A stretch of 64,000 bases of DNA, from assembly GCA_963827235.1 (NCBI GenBank), contig CAWHAE010000014.1, positions 96,001 to 160,000 of the forward strand, read 5' to 3'. Every line of letters begins with the position of its first letter. The stretch's first letter is position 1. A program made the translations under genes and the position numbers. The notes under the pieces were generated by a model, which was given only the letters and a program-made list of their open reading frames with translations, was not told where the DNA came from and did not search any database. This document shows positions 50,495 through 60,029 of the stretch, in pieces. Source of the stretch: an uncultured bacterium (GTDB lineage: Bacteria; Chloroflexota; UBA5177; JANWHV01).

Positions 50495-51526
50495 TCAATC
50501 CTCACCTGCGCTTGCCGTGGCAACGGCGGCGGCAGCGCGGCCGGACGCGTCCTCGCGGAACCACATGATGGTCCGCCTCAACCCCTCGCGGAGGGATACC
50601 TTCGGTCTCCAACCGAGCATGGTCTGCGCCTTCTCGATGTCCGGTCGCCGGCGCGTCGGGTCATGCTGCGGCAGGTCGTGCCACTCCACCGGGTGCCGGC
50701 CGTCTAGCAGGGAGCGATCGGCCAGCTCGGCGACCACCTGCGCCACGATCTCGGCAAACTCGGCGATCGTGTGCTCCTCGGGATTGCCCAGGTTGAATAC
50801 TTCTCCGGCGAGATTGTCCCGCATCATGGCGGCCATCAGGCCTTCAACGAGATCGCTGACGTAGCAGAAGCTGCGTGTCTGCGTTCCATCACCATAGATG
50901 GTGATGGGTTCGCCCGCCAGCGCCTGGCCGATAAAATTCGGCACCACCCGCCCGTCGTTGAGCCGGGAATGTGGCCCGAATGTGTTGAAGATTCGCACCA
51001 CCCGGCAGTCCAGACCGAAGGAGCGCCAGTACTGCATGGAGAGTGCTTCACCGAAGCGCTTGCTTTCGTCGTAGCAGCTCCGCGGGCCGTTAGGACTGAC
51101 ATTTCCCCAGTAGTCCTCGGTCTGCGGGTGTACCTGTGGATCGCCATAGATCTCGGACGTGGAGGTGTAGAGGAAGCGGGCTCCATGGACGCGCGCCAGC
51201 TCGAGCATGTTCCAGGTTCCCTGGCTGTTCACCCGCAACGTCTCGAGCGGCAGGCGCAGGTAGTCCACGACGCTGGCGGGGCTGGCGAGATGAAAGACGT
51301 ACCGCGGAGGATTGATGCCGGCACAGTCCGGGCCGAAGCCGCCCGGAAGCGCGACGTCCGCAACGCACAAGGTGAAGTGCGGGTGATCGCGCAAGGCCGC
51401 AACGTTTGACTCGCGCCCGGTCGACAGGTTGTCGACGCAGGTCACGGCCAGACCTCGAGCCAGCAAGGCTGCACACAAATGCGAGCCGATGAAGCCCGCT
51501 CCACCACTGACTACCGCGTGTTCCAC
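50495..51526 (-). CDS. UDP-glucuronate decarboxylase-like SDR
   Basis: GGAGFIGSH, HLASPAS, STSEIYGDP, YWGNV, CYDESKR, DGRVVPNF. Confidence 0.92.
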   Translation of the reverse strand: MEHAVVSGGAGFIGSHLCAALLARGLAVTCVDNLSTGRESNVAALRDHPHFTLCVADVALPGGFGPDCAGINPPRYVFHLASPASVVDYLRLPLETLRVNSQGTWNMLELARVHGARFLYTSTSEIYGDPQVHPQTEDYWGNVSPNGPRSCYDESKRFGEALSMQYWRSFGLDCRVVRIFNTFGPHSRLNDGRVVPNFIGQALAGEPITIYGDGTQTRSFCYVSDLVEGLMAAMMRDNLAGEVFNLGNPEEHTIAEFAEIVAQVVAELADRSLLDGRHPVEWHDLPQHDPTRRRPDIEKAQTMLGWRPKVSLREGLRRTIMWFREDASGRAAAAVATASAGED

Positions 51527-51604
51527 GGTTCCTCTTCCACCCTTCCACCGGCATCCGCCGATGGCGCCCACTCAGAACTTCGTCTCGCAGTAGGGCACTG
51601 GGCC

Positions 51605-52087
51605 CTACTCTTCGATGATCCACGGGTCCGTCGCGCGGGAATAGCTCACGATGTCCTCCGGCGCGAAGTAGAGACCAACCTCAAACGCGGCTGTCTCCTC
51701 CGAGTCCGATCCGTGAACAAGGTTTCGGCCGACCTCCAGTCCGAAATCGCCACGAATTGAGCCGGGTTCGGCCTGCGCCGAGTTGGTGGCGCCGTTCGTC
51801 GTGCGCACCACCGCGATGGCGTTCGGACCCTCGAGCACGGCGACCACTACCGGGGCGCTCGTGATGTACGCCACCAGGCCTTCATAGAACGGCTTGCCGC
51901 GATGCACGCCGTAGTGGCGCTCCGCCAGCGGCCTGTCGATCTGGATAAGGTGCATGGCGACGATCTTCAAGCCTCGCTGCTCGTAGCGTTGAACGATGGC
52001 ACCGATGAGACCGCGCTGAACCGCGTCGGGCTTGAGAATAACCAGCGTTCGTTGCAACGGTGATCGAGGCATGATGGCAGCTATCAC
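51605..52087 (-). CDS. ndk: Nucleoside diphosphate kinase
   Basis: KPDAVQRG, PGSIRGDF, NLVHGSDS. Confidence 0.97.
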   Translation of the reverse strand: MIAAIMPRSPLQRTLVILKPDAVQRGLIGAIVQRYEQRGLKIVAMHLIQIDRPLAERHYGVHRGKPFYEGLVAYITSAPVVVAVLEGPNAIAVVRTTNGATNSAQAEPGSIRGDFGLEVGRNLVHGSDSEETAAFEVGLYFAPEDIVSYSRATDPWIIEE

Positions 52088-52110
52088 CCTTCTTCTTTCG
52101 CTCTTCAGCG

Positions 52111-52461
52111 CTAGGAATCGCCCGTGTGCTCCGTGCGAAGTTCCTCGGCGGCAGCCCTGAGCTCCAGGCGCACCGCGCCGAGATTCGCTTGCGGCGACGT
52201 CGTCAGCATAATCAAGGCATCTCCGGCCTGCGCTACGTGCAGGGCGCCGTTCTCCGACTCGAGTGTCAGGTGCATCGGCGCGCCCAAGTCGGGAAGCGCC
52301 CGCTGCAACACCCGCAGCGCCGATCCCAGGCTGGACGCGGCGTTCGAGAGCGACGGCGCATCCACCGAGCTTTCGATCACCGTGCCGTCCTGGTTCAGCA
52401 GCGACGCTTCTTGCACCCCATCCAGACCGCCAAGAGCAGCTATGCGTTTTCTTGCGCTCAT
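52111..52461 (-). CDS. Roadblock/LC7 (MglB-like) protein
   Basis: 116 aa; GVQEASLLNQDG, LESENG, ANLGAVRLE. Confidence 0.8.
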   Translation of the reverse strand: MSARKRIAALGGLDGVQEASLLNQDGTVIESSVDAPSLSNAASSLGSALRVLQRALPDLGAPMHLTLESENGALHVAQAGDALIMLTTSPQANLGAVRLELRAAAEELRTEHTGDS

Positions 52462-52524
52462 TTTCGCATCACCCTACCACATTCGTACATATGCCAAATG
52501 TCACGTGGTGGCCCGCCTACAATC

Positions 52525-53802
52525 TTACAGGCTCAAGGACTCCCGGAGGCCCTTGTCCACGCCGGCCGGTCCAAGAACCGTCACGCGAAGGTACTCGGAC
52601 CGGAAGCAGGCATCTGCCACGCGGAGAAGGTCGTCGCGTGTGACCAGATCCACCTGGGCGCAGACGTCCTCCGGCTGCCGGATCTCACCCAGTAGCGCCA
52701 ACTGGACGCCACACCAGCCGGCGACACTCTGAGTGTCCTCGAGTCCGAGCAGCAGGCGGCCCTTGAAGCCCTCCTTCACCCTCTCGAGCTCGTCGTGGGA
52801 CACCGGCTCAACCTTCAGGCGCCGCAGCTGCCGCACGACCTCGGACACCACATCGACGCCGCGACCCGGATCGACCGCCGCGTAGGTAACGAGGGCGCTG
52901 GTATCGGCCAGTGTATTCGCGTAGGAGTGAATGTCGTAGGCGAGCCCGCGGCGCTCCCGGATCTCCAGAAAGAGGCGCGAAGTCATCGACCCGCCGAGGA
53001 TCGAAACGAGCAGCTCGTAGGCATAGCGGTCGGCATGGTCGCGTGGAATGCCTTTGGTTGCCACGCAGAGATTCGCCTGCTCCGTGCTGCGCCTCTCCAT
53101 GTACACGCTGGGAACGCCCTCCACGTACGCAACAGACTGCGGAGTGCGCGGACGACGTTCCTTGTTCGGAGTCCAGTCGTTGAAGGCCTCATGGGCCATC
53201 GCAAGAGCTTCCTGATGGCTGATGCCGCCTGCCACCACTACGATGGCGGTCGAGGGATCGTAATGCTCGTGGAAGAAGCCCAGGATGCCGTCTCGGCTCA
53301 GCGATGCTACGCTCTCTCGCGTTCCTGCCACGTCGCGCCCCACCGGCGTGCCGGGCCAGCACTGCTCGTCGGACACGACGTGGACCCACTCCTGAGGCGT
53401 GTCCATGGACATACCGAGCTCCTCGATAACCACGCGCTGCTCCTTGGCGAACTCGGCGGCGTCGAATAGGGAGTTCCGCAGCATATCCGCCAACAGACCC
53501 ATGGCCAGATGGGCGTGGGCCTTGCTCACCTTGGCCCAGTAGAGCGTGAGCTCCTTGTCCGTGCTGGCATTGAGCACGCCACCCACGCGCTCGATCGTAT
53601 CCGAGATGATCTCTGCCGTCGGCCTGTTCTCGGTTCCCTTGAAGAGCATATGCTCGACAAGATGCGCGCTGCCGGCTTCCGCGTCGACCTCAAAGCGGGA
53701 GCCCACGGTCACATTGACGGAGACCGTGACCGAGTACATTCCGGGCATGGGTGCAGTGATTACCTGCAGCCCGTTGTCTAGAGTTGTTGCACGAAAATCC
53801 AT
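52525..53802 (-). CDS. M16 family metallopeptidase
   Basis: HLVEHMLFKGT (HxxEH), NAST, SRLFLEIRERRGLAY. Confidence 0.94.
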   Translation of the reverse strand: MDFRATTLDNGLQVITAPMPGMYSVTVSVNVTVGSRFEVDAEAGSAHLVEHMLFKGTENRPTAEIISDTIERVGGVLNASTDKELTLYWAKVSKAHAHLAMGLLADMLRNSLFDAAEFAKEQRVVIEELGMSMDTPQEWVHVVSDEQCWPGTPVGRDVAGTRESVASLSRDGILGFFHEHYDPSTAIVVVAGGISHQEALAMAHEAFNDWTPNKERRPRTPQSVAYVEGVPSVYMERRSTEQANLCVATKGIPRDHADRYAYELLVSILGGSMTSRLFLEIRERRGLAYDIHSYANTLADTSALVTYAAVDPGRGVDVVSEVVRQLRRLKVEPVSHDELERVKEGFKGRLLLGLEDTQSVAGWCGVQLALLGEIRQPEDVCAQVDLVTRDDLLRVADACFRSEYLRVTVLGPAGVDKGLRESLSL

Positions 53803-53961
53803 GATCGTTGTGTATTGAGCTTAGCAGCAATGGCCAAGCCGTGGTCTGCCGTCTCCCGACGCCGGCTCGCTGCCTCGATACCCCCTGGCTTGACGCGTAA
53901 CTGTCGCCAGCCCTACGATCCATCGAGGCTACACTCGTGATCGCTTTGTGTCAACGATCTT

Positions 53962-55041
53962 TTGAGGAGCGTTGAGCCGTTGCGGCGTCTCGTCTACTGG
54001 ATCTTCCTCTTGTCGATTGCCGCGGCGGTCGGCGGCTCGGTAGCCTACGCCGGCGGCCCGTGGGTAGATGCCGTGTCGACGCTGTCGAGCATGACGAAGC
54101 AAAAAGTGCCTGCCGCCGCGCGGCCCACGTTTACCCCGGTCCCTACGCCCAGGGCCACTCGCACTCGACCTCAGCCCACGCCCACGGCGACCGTTCCGCC
54201 TTTCCAGAGCGCCAGCGGCCGGGTCAATCTGCTCATATTGGGCAGCGACAACGACGCCAAGAACCAGGTCAACAAGGTTCCGAATACGCAGGTGGTAATC
54301 TTCGTCTCCTTCGACACGAAGCGGGACCAGGTCTACATGGTCTCCATCCCGCGCGACCTTTACGTGCCCATTACCGGATTCACCACCGATAAACTCTCGA
54401 CGGCCGCCAGCTGGGGCAACAGCTTCGGCACGGTGATCCAGACCGTTGAAGATCTCTTCCACGTGAAGATCGATAACTATGCCTGGGTCGGCCTGCAAGG
54501 CTTCGTCAATATCATCAACACACTCGGAGGCATCGACGTCGACGTCGCACACCCGATGGTGGAGAGCGATTTTCCGGACGATCTCGACCCGGCCGGCAGT
54601 CCCTATGCCGTCCGCCGGTTCTACATTCCCGCCGGACCGCAGCACCTGGACGGCACCACAGCCCTGGAATACGTTCGCGCCCGCCATTCGGACCTGATTG
54701 GCGACTTCGGCCGATCCCAGCGCCAGCAGCAGGTTCTACTGCAGATCAAGCGCAAGCTGATGGACGCCGACATCGGCGAGTTTCCCAGCCTCATCGCCGA
54801 CATGAAGCATGAAGTGCAGACTGACATGAGCGCCGGAGACATACTCAGCCTCGGCCTTTCGGCCTTGCACCTACGCTCGGACTCTATTCACCACTACTAC
54901 CTCGACGTCAACGGCGGCTACGTGGTGGATAACCAAAACACGCCGTCGGGCGATGCCCTGATACCGCAGTGGCCCAAGATCAACGCATTGTTCAGCTGTA
55001 TTATGTCGAGCAAGGCGTCGTTGGGGTGCAGCAATCCATGA
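53962..55041 (+). CDS. LCP (LytR-CpsA-Psr) family protein
   Basis: N-terminal TM, NLLILGSD, SIPRDL, ALEYVRAR, DFGRSQRQQ. Confidence 0.92.
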   Translation: MRSVEPLRRLVYWIFLLSIAAAVGGSVAYAGGPWVDAVSTLSSMTKQKVPAAARPTFTPVPTPRATRTRPQPTPTATVPPFQSASGRVNLLILGSDNDAKNQVNKVPNTQVVIFVSFDTKRDQVYMVSIPRDLYVPITGFTTDKLSTAASWGNSFGTVIQTVEDLFHVKIDNYAWVGLQGFVNIINTLGGIDVDVAHPMVESDFPDDLDPAGSPYAVRRFYIPAGPQHLDGTTALEYVRARHSDLIGDFGRSQRQQQVLLQIKRKLMDADIGEFPSLIADMKHEVQTDMSAGDILSLGLSALHLRSDSIHHYYLDVNGGYVVDNQNTPSGDALIPQWPKINALFSCIMSSKASLGCSNP

Positions 55042-56216
55042 ACGGCCGGCAGTCGGGCAGGGTCAGCGTGTGGCACGGTGCCTGGACGGGCACCAAAGTC
55101 GTCTCGTCGCTTGCAGTTTGCGCCGTTGTGTCCATCGTCACCATCGCGAGCACGGATGCCACGGTTACGCCGGTGGCCCAAGAGTTCGCCACCGAGACGC
55201 CGGCGCCCACTCCCGCGATCGTGGGGCCGCTGAGCACGCCAAATCCGACGGCGATCGTGCCGCAGGACGCATTCGTCCCCGATCGTCTGATGTACGTCAA
55301 GGGCAGCACGATCTACATGCTGCACGACTACGACAGGCCGATTCCAATCGCCTATGGGCGCCAGCCGAGCGTCTCTCCTGACGGCAAGTCACTCGCATAC
55401 GTGTTTTTTTACAAGAACTACCAGAATCTGATGACGGTGAATATCCAGAGCCGCAAGACTCGACTGCTGCTCGACGACAATCTCACCGATCCTCAGGATG
55501 CGCGTACGGGTCGTACGGCGGCCACGCCGTCCTGGTCCGACGACGGCAAGACGATCTACTTTGCCTGGAGCTACCCAGGCTCTCCCTATGCTCCCGACGC
55601 ATCGGTGCAGTGGAAGACCGACGCCAGCATCACCGACTGCCCGGCGTCCGGCCCCTGCAACTCCGGCACTGCCAGCACGCTGACGAAGCCATATTTCGAG
55701 ACCGGCGGCGACTCCGAACCTGCTCCTCGCCTGGCCGATCCCAAGTACCTCGTGTATACGCAGTGGGCGTACCAGACCGCCCGAGACGGCACGAGCAGAT
55801 CGCTGGCCGGACTGCAGGCTCTGAATCTCAGCTCGAGCACGCAGATCACGCTGACCGCAACTCTCGACAACGACTCGGAGCCGGTGTGGAGTCCGAATGG
55901 CCGCTACCTCGCCTTCGTCAAGACCTCCGACGACCTCCAATCGACGTCAGTCTGGATCATGGCCTTCCACCCACCAGGCCGCATCGCCGACTACGCAACG
56001 GCACGGCTCCTGATCACGGGCTCACCCTTTGCCGGGCATCCGGTGTTCTCGCCGGACGGCAAGTATATTGCCTATGTGGCCACGGCCTCGGACGGCAGAC
56101 TGCACCTGTATGTAGCGCACATGACGTTCGGGCCGAATGCGCACGCCGACGCGGGGCAGATGGTGCAGAGGGCCGGGATCGTAGACGGAGACAGCTTGGT
56201 CTGGACAGCCGCCTGA
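55038..56216 (+). CDS. Secreted TolB-like (PD40) beta-propeller protein
   Basis: Repeated P..SPDG motifs (PSVSPDG, PVWSPNG, PVFSPDG). ATGA coupling to the LCP gene. Confidence 0.8.
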   Translation: MNGRQSGRVSVWHGAWTGTKVVSSLAVCAVVSIVTIASTDATVTPVAQEFATETPAPTPAIVGPLSTPNPTAIVPQDAFVPDRLMYVKGSTIYMLHDYDRPIPIAYGRQPSVSPDGKSLAYVFFYKNYQNLMTVNIQSRKTRLLLDDNLTDPQDARTGRTAATPSWSDDGKTIYFAWSYPGSPYAPDASVQWKTDASITDCPASGPCNSGTASTLTKPYFETGGDSEPAPRLADPKYLVYTQWAYQTARDGTSRSLAGLQALNLSSSTQITLTATLDNDSEPVWSPNGRYLAFVKTSDDLQSTSVWIMAFHPPGRIADYATARLLITGSPFAGHPVFSPDGKYIAYVATASDGRLHLYVAHMTFGPNAHADAGQMVQRAGIVDGDSLVWTAA

Positions 56217-56295
56217 TGGCAGCGCTCGAGGTCTTTCGATACTCTCCACGAGCACGTGGCCGAGCGCCATGGATGTCCTCGGGAATGGTGTGGCC

Positions 56296-57144
56296 ATGAA
56301 GGTGGGCATTACCGGGGCGAGCGCCAACGTGGTGTCCCTCGCCAGTTTGGTCGTGCTGGCCGGGGCCGCGGCGATCGTGTACGAGCCCGATGCCGGGCTC
56401 GCCGAGGCGATGGCATCTCGCGTTGCCCAGAGGGTGGAGCGCCACTCTCGTCAGACAGGAGCCGCCGCGGTTGGAAGCGAGGGAGATTCCGCCAGCTTGG
56501 CCGTCGTGCCTGCGCTCGAGGATCTTGCCGGGTGCGACGCCATCGTGGAGATGGCCGGAGAGGCGCTCAAGAACAAGCTCGGCCTGCTTCGCGACCTCGG
56601 TGAGCGCTTGCCCGAGGTGCAAACGCTCGTTACGACTACGAGCTCGCTGAGCGTGAGCCGCCTGGCTTCAGTTGTCACCAATCCGGCGCGAGTAGTCGGT
56701 CTGCACCTGATTGCATCCGTGCAGGGAGCGCGGCTCGCGGAGGTGGTTCCAGGCCTTCTCAGTGCCCGCGAGACCGTGGATCGCGTTCTGGACCTCGTCC
56801 GCATGCTTGGCTTCCATGCAGTCGTGGTCAAGAACCGGCCGGGTCTCGTGGTATCCAGGGTGTCGCAGGTCTACTTTGGCGAGGCCATGCGCCTGATCGA
56901 AGAGGGCAGCGCGTCCGTGGAAGCCGTCGACGCGCTCGCGCGCGGCCTCGGAATCGAGCAGGGCCCGTTCAGGATGATGGATGCCATGGGACTCGACACC
57001 GTGCTGGCCATGAACCGCGCACTGTTCGAAGCAAGCGGCGGTGAGCCACGGTACCGTCCACACGTCCGGTTGATTGAGATGGTAGATGCCGGTCTGCTGG
57101 GTCGCAGGGCCGGGCGAGGGTTCTATGCAGTCGAACAGGAATAG
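56296..57144 (+). CDS. 3-hydroxyacyl-CoA dehydrogenase family protein (divergent)
   Basis: TTSSLS, VVGLH, PG.VVSR, GPF..MDAMGLD, LGRRAGRGFY. Confidence 0.85.
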   Translation: MKVGITGASANVVSLASLVVLAGAAAIVYEPDAGLAEAMASRVAQRVERHSRQTGAAAVGSEGDSASLAVVPALEDLAGCDAIVEMAGEALKNKLGLLRDLGERLPEVQTLVTTTSSLSVSRLASVVTNPARVVGLHLIASVQGARLAEVVPGLLSARETVDRVLDLVRMLGFHAVVVKNRPGLVVSRVSQVYFGEAMRLIEEGSASVEAVDALARGLGIEQGPFRMMDAMGLDTVLAMNRALFEASGGEPRYRPHVRLIEMVDAGLLGRRAGRGFYAVEQE

Positions 57145-58015
57145 ACCGCGGCAGGCAGTGTTTAGACCGCTACCCGGCGCTCCCACGGCGTTTGTTCTGG
57201 GCGCCGAGGACGAGATAGCGGTTATCGAGCCGATGGTTCGCCGCGCCGGGCTAGAGCCTGTGATCTGCGCCATCGATCCGCCTACCCTGGACGTAGAGTC
57301 GATAGTACTGGACGAGAACCTCGCGGCACAGGTTGAGAGGTCCTCCATGGCTATCGTCTGCGCAGACGTCTCGGGGGACGACCGCCTGCCGCTGGTCTCC
57401 TTCGTGGATGAGTCACTGGTTGAGGATAAGCTCCTGCTGGTCTCGTGTACGCAGGCAGGCGTGACCGAGCAGGCGGCAATATGCGAGCACGCGGCGCGTC
57501 TGGTCGGCTTCGGGTGCCTGGGCCTGCTCAGCGGCAAGCCGATTGTCGAGATCGCGGGGTCCATGCTCACCGACGACCGGATGCTAAGCGCCGCCGCGGA
57601 GTTCTTCTCGGCCGCGCAGGTGCGGGTTCACGTCGTGAGCGACACTCCCGGCCTCGTGATGGCTCGGCTGCTCGTACCGGTGGTGAACGAGGCTGCCGCG
57701 GCGCTGGCAGACGGCGTGGCTTCAGCCGAGGACATCGATACGGCGGTGCGCCTTGGGTCGGGCTTTCCCCTGGGACCACTTCACTGGGCGGACGAGGTAG
57801 GTATCGATCGCGTGCTGCTTGCCATGGAGTATCTCGTGCAAGCAACGCACGAGGAGCGCTACCGGCCCGCGCCGCTGCTGCGCAGGATGGCGCAGGCCGG
57901 CCGGACCGGCCGGCAGGTGGGCCGAGGGTTCTTTGACTACGAGGACTCGACTGAACGCGCCGCCTCCACCAGCCGCATCAACTCGGAGAACTCCGGGACA
58001 CCGACGGCGCCATAG
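57125..58015 (+). CDS. 3-hydroxyacyl-CoA dehydrogenase C-terminal-type protein (PaaH second-half-like)
   Basis: DTPGLV..VNEA..DIDTAVRLG.GFPLGP..GRGFFDY. Confidence 0.82.
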   Translation: MQSNRNRPRQAVFRPLPGAPTAFVLGAEDEIAVIEPMVRRAGLEPVICAIDPPTLDVESIVLDENLAAQVERSSMAIVCADVSGDDRLPLVSFVDESLVEDKLLLVSCTQAGVTEQAAICEHAARLVGFGCLGLLSGKPIVEIAGSMLTDDRMLSAAAEFFSAAQVRVHVVSDTPGLVMARLLVPVVNEAAAALADGVASAEDIDTAVRLGSGFPLGPLHWADEVGIDRVLLAMEYLVQATHEERYRPAPLLRRMAQAGRTGRQVGRGFFDYEDSTERAASTSRINSENSGTPTAP

Positions 58016-58581
58016 CCGGCGGCGAGCCAGGTGGGGACCGCGACCACGCCCATAGCGTGTGCCGCCGCCCGGGACTCGGCCACGCGCGGGACATAGCGTC
58101 TGTTGCGCAGAGCGTCCTCGAGGTTGTCGGTGACGCCGCACGCGGCGGCTACGTCCAGAACGACCTCCGCATCCGAGATGTCGCGACGATCCCGATAGCA
58201 TGCTTCGAAGAGCGACCGGCGAAGGCGGTCCGCCACGCTCTCGTCCGGCAGGACAACCGGCGCCAGATCGGCGGCGTATTCGACCGCGCAGAGGGCGAGA
58301 TTGCTGTTGAGCAGGCGCTCGGGCAGATGCAGGTCCAGATCATATTCGCGAGCCAGCCTCGCCGCACTCGCCGCTTCCGCGCGCCGCACGAAGGCCGGAT
58401 TCTGCGGCAACGCGCCGCGATCAGGCAGGTAATCGATCACCTCGAACGGCCGCCAGGCGACGCGCAACAGGAATCGGCCGATCAGCCGAGCAGCGATCTC
58501 CTGCGCCACGTAGCAGAACGGGCTCGCAAAGTCATAGTAGATTGTGAGGTCGGTTGGTGGCAGACTCTTCGTCACGCTCAA
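57937..58581 (-). CDS. DsbA/FrnE-like thioredoxin-fold protein
   Basis: YYDFASPFCY, WRPF, GVVAVPT. Confidence 0.85.
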   Translation of the reverse strand: MSVTKSLPPTDLTIYYDFASPFCYVAQEIAARLIGRFLLRVAWRPFEVIDYLPDRGALPQNPAFVRRAEAASAARLAREYDLDLHLPERLLNSNLALCAVEYAADLAPVVLPDESVADRLRRSLFEACYRDRRDISDAEVVLDVAAACGVTDNLEDALRNRRYVPRVAESRAAAHAMGVVAVPTWLAAGYGAVGVPEFSELMRLVEAARSVESS

Positions 58582-58584
58582 GCA

Positions 58585-59481
58585 CTATTGCTGGGCCGTC
58601 GCGGACGCTCGTCCGGCGGGAATGAGCGCCGCGTGCTCGTGCGCGTGATATGAGCTGCGCACCAGCGGACCGGACTCCACGTGCAGGAATCCGAGCTGCA
58701 TGCCGAAGTCGTGCCAGTGCCGGAACTCGTCAGGCGAGTAGAAGTGCTCGACCGGCAGGTGCTTGGCACTCGGACGCAGGTACTGACCGATGGTCACGAC
58801 GTCGACGCGAGCCTTCTTCAAGTCCGACAGTGTCTCCGCGATCTCTTCGTCGGTCTCCGAGAGGCCCAGCATGATGCCGGACTTGGTCAGGCGATCGGGC
58901 GCAAGCTCCTTCGCGCGGAGGAGCACCTGGAGCGACCGCCGGTACTGCGCCTTGCGGCGCACCCGTTTGGTCAGTCGCTCGACCGTCTCGACATTATGGT
59001 CGAGCAATTCGGGTGCTGCCTGCACGACATTCAGTAGAGACGACTCCACACCTTCGAAGTCAGGTATTAGCACTTCGACGGTGCATCCCGGGTTTCTTTC
59101 GCGCACTTTGCGAATGGTCGCCGCGAATACGGAAGATCCGCCGTCGGGCAGGTCATCACGGTTGACGGAGGTTATCACGACGTGGCGCAAGTCCATTCGG
59201 TGCACCGCGTCCGCCACTCTGGCCGGCTCGTGCAGATCCACGCCCGTCGGTCGCCCGCTCGTTACGGCGCAGAAGCCGCAGGCCCGCGTGCAGATGTCGC
59301 CGAGTATCATGAAGGTGGCGGTGCGATGCTCCCAGCACTCGCCCATGTTCGGGCAGTGAGCCTCTTCACAGACCGTGTGCAGGCTGTTGTCCCGCATGAT
59401 GGTCTTGAGCTCCACGTAATTCGGCCCCCCCGGCATTCGCACCCTCAGCCAGTCGGGGCGGCGGACAGCGACCTCACTCAT
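58585..59481 (-). CDS. lipA: Lipoyl synthase
   Basis: CEEAHCPNMGEC, CTRACGFC, RSSY. Confidence 0.97.
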   Translation of the reverse strand: MSEVAVRRPDWLRVRMPGGPNYVELKTIMRDNSLHTVCEEAHCPNMGECWEHRTATFMILGDICTRACGFCAVTSGRPTGVDLHEPARVADAVHRMDLRHVVITSVNRDDLPDGGSSVFAATIRKVRERNPGCTVEVLIPDFEGVESSLLNVVQAAPELLDHNVETVERLTKRVRRKAQYRRSLQVLLRAKELAPDRLTKSGIMLGLSETDEEIAETLSDLKKARVDVVTIGQYLRPSAKHLPVEHFYSPDEFRHWHDFGMQLGFLHVESGPLVRSSYHAHEHAALIPAGRASATAQQ

Positions 59482-59780
59482 CCACTCTCACTCACTTCTC
59501 GAGACGGCACACTCGCAGCGTCGACGACGTCCAGATCGATCGCCGGCTCCCAGCGCAATCGGCCAATCGGCACGCTACCACAAGATATGTATGAACTCAC
59601 TGCCGATCCGGCTAAGAGCGAACATCATTCGCTCACGGTCATCAGTGCGGACGAACATCGCAACCCCTGTAGTCTGCATGAGGTGCCAAGCTCAACCAGC
59701 GCCGAACGTCACTTCGCTTGCCCAGCAACACCAGGTGGGCGGCTTAGCCGTCTGGGCCGGCTGCTCATCAAGTCCTCACG

Positions 59781-59935
59781 CTCAGGATAACAGCAGGCGC
59801 GAAATCGGGGAACTCGGCCTCGTCACAGGGCGAACGTATTCCGTGACGAGGCCGAGATTCCGGCTGGGCGATCCTTGGAAAGCGGCACTCCCAGCCGCCT
59901 CCGGGCGGCGTCCGGAGTGCGTGCGTCGTCCTGAG
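59781..59935. ncRNA. Candidate structured RNA (multibranch), family unassigned
   Basis: Closing helix CTCAGGA/TCCTGAG encloses three hairpins: 59813-59856, 59861-59897 and 59899-59917. Confidence 0.35.
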
Positions 59936-60029
59936 ACAAGCTACCGCCGCATCGCAAACTCTATGCGGGCCCCTCGCTTCCAGAGCTCATGACAAGGCCG
60001 CGCGTCGTTCGACCACGCGTCTTCGATCC

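Noticed and set aside
59790-59945. Cobalamin or lysine riboswitch
   Set aside because: Only a loose AAnnGGGAA / AGGCGC resemblance. No B12 box was found, and the + strand orientation leads to no gene.
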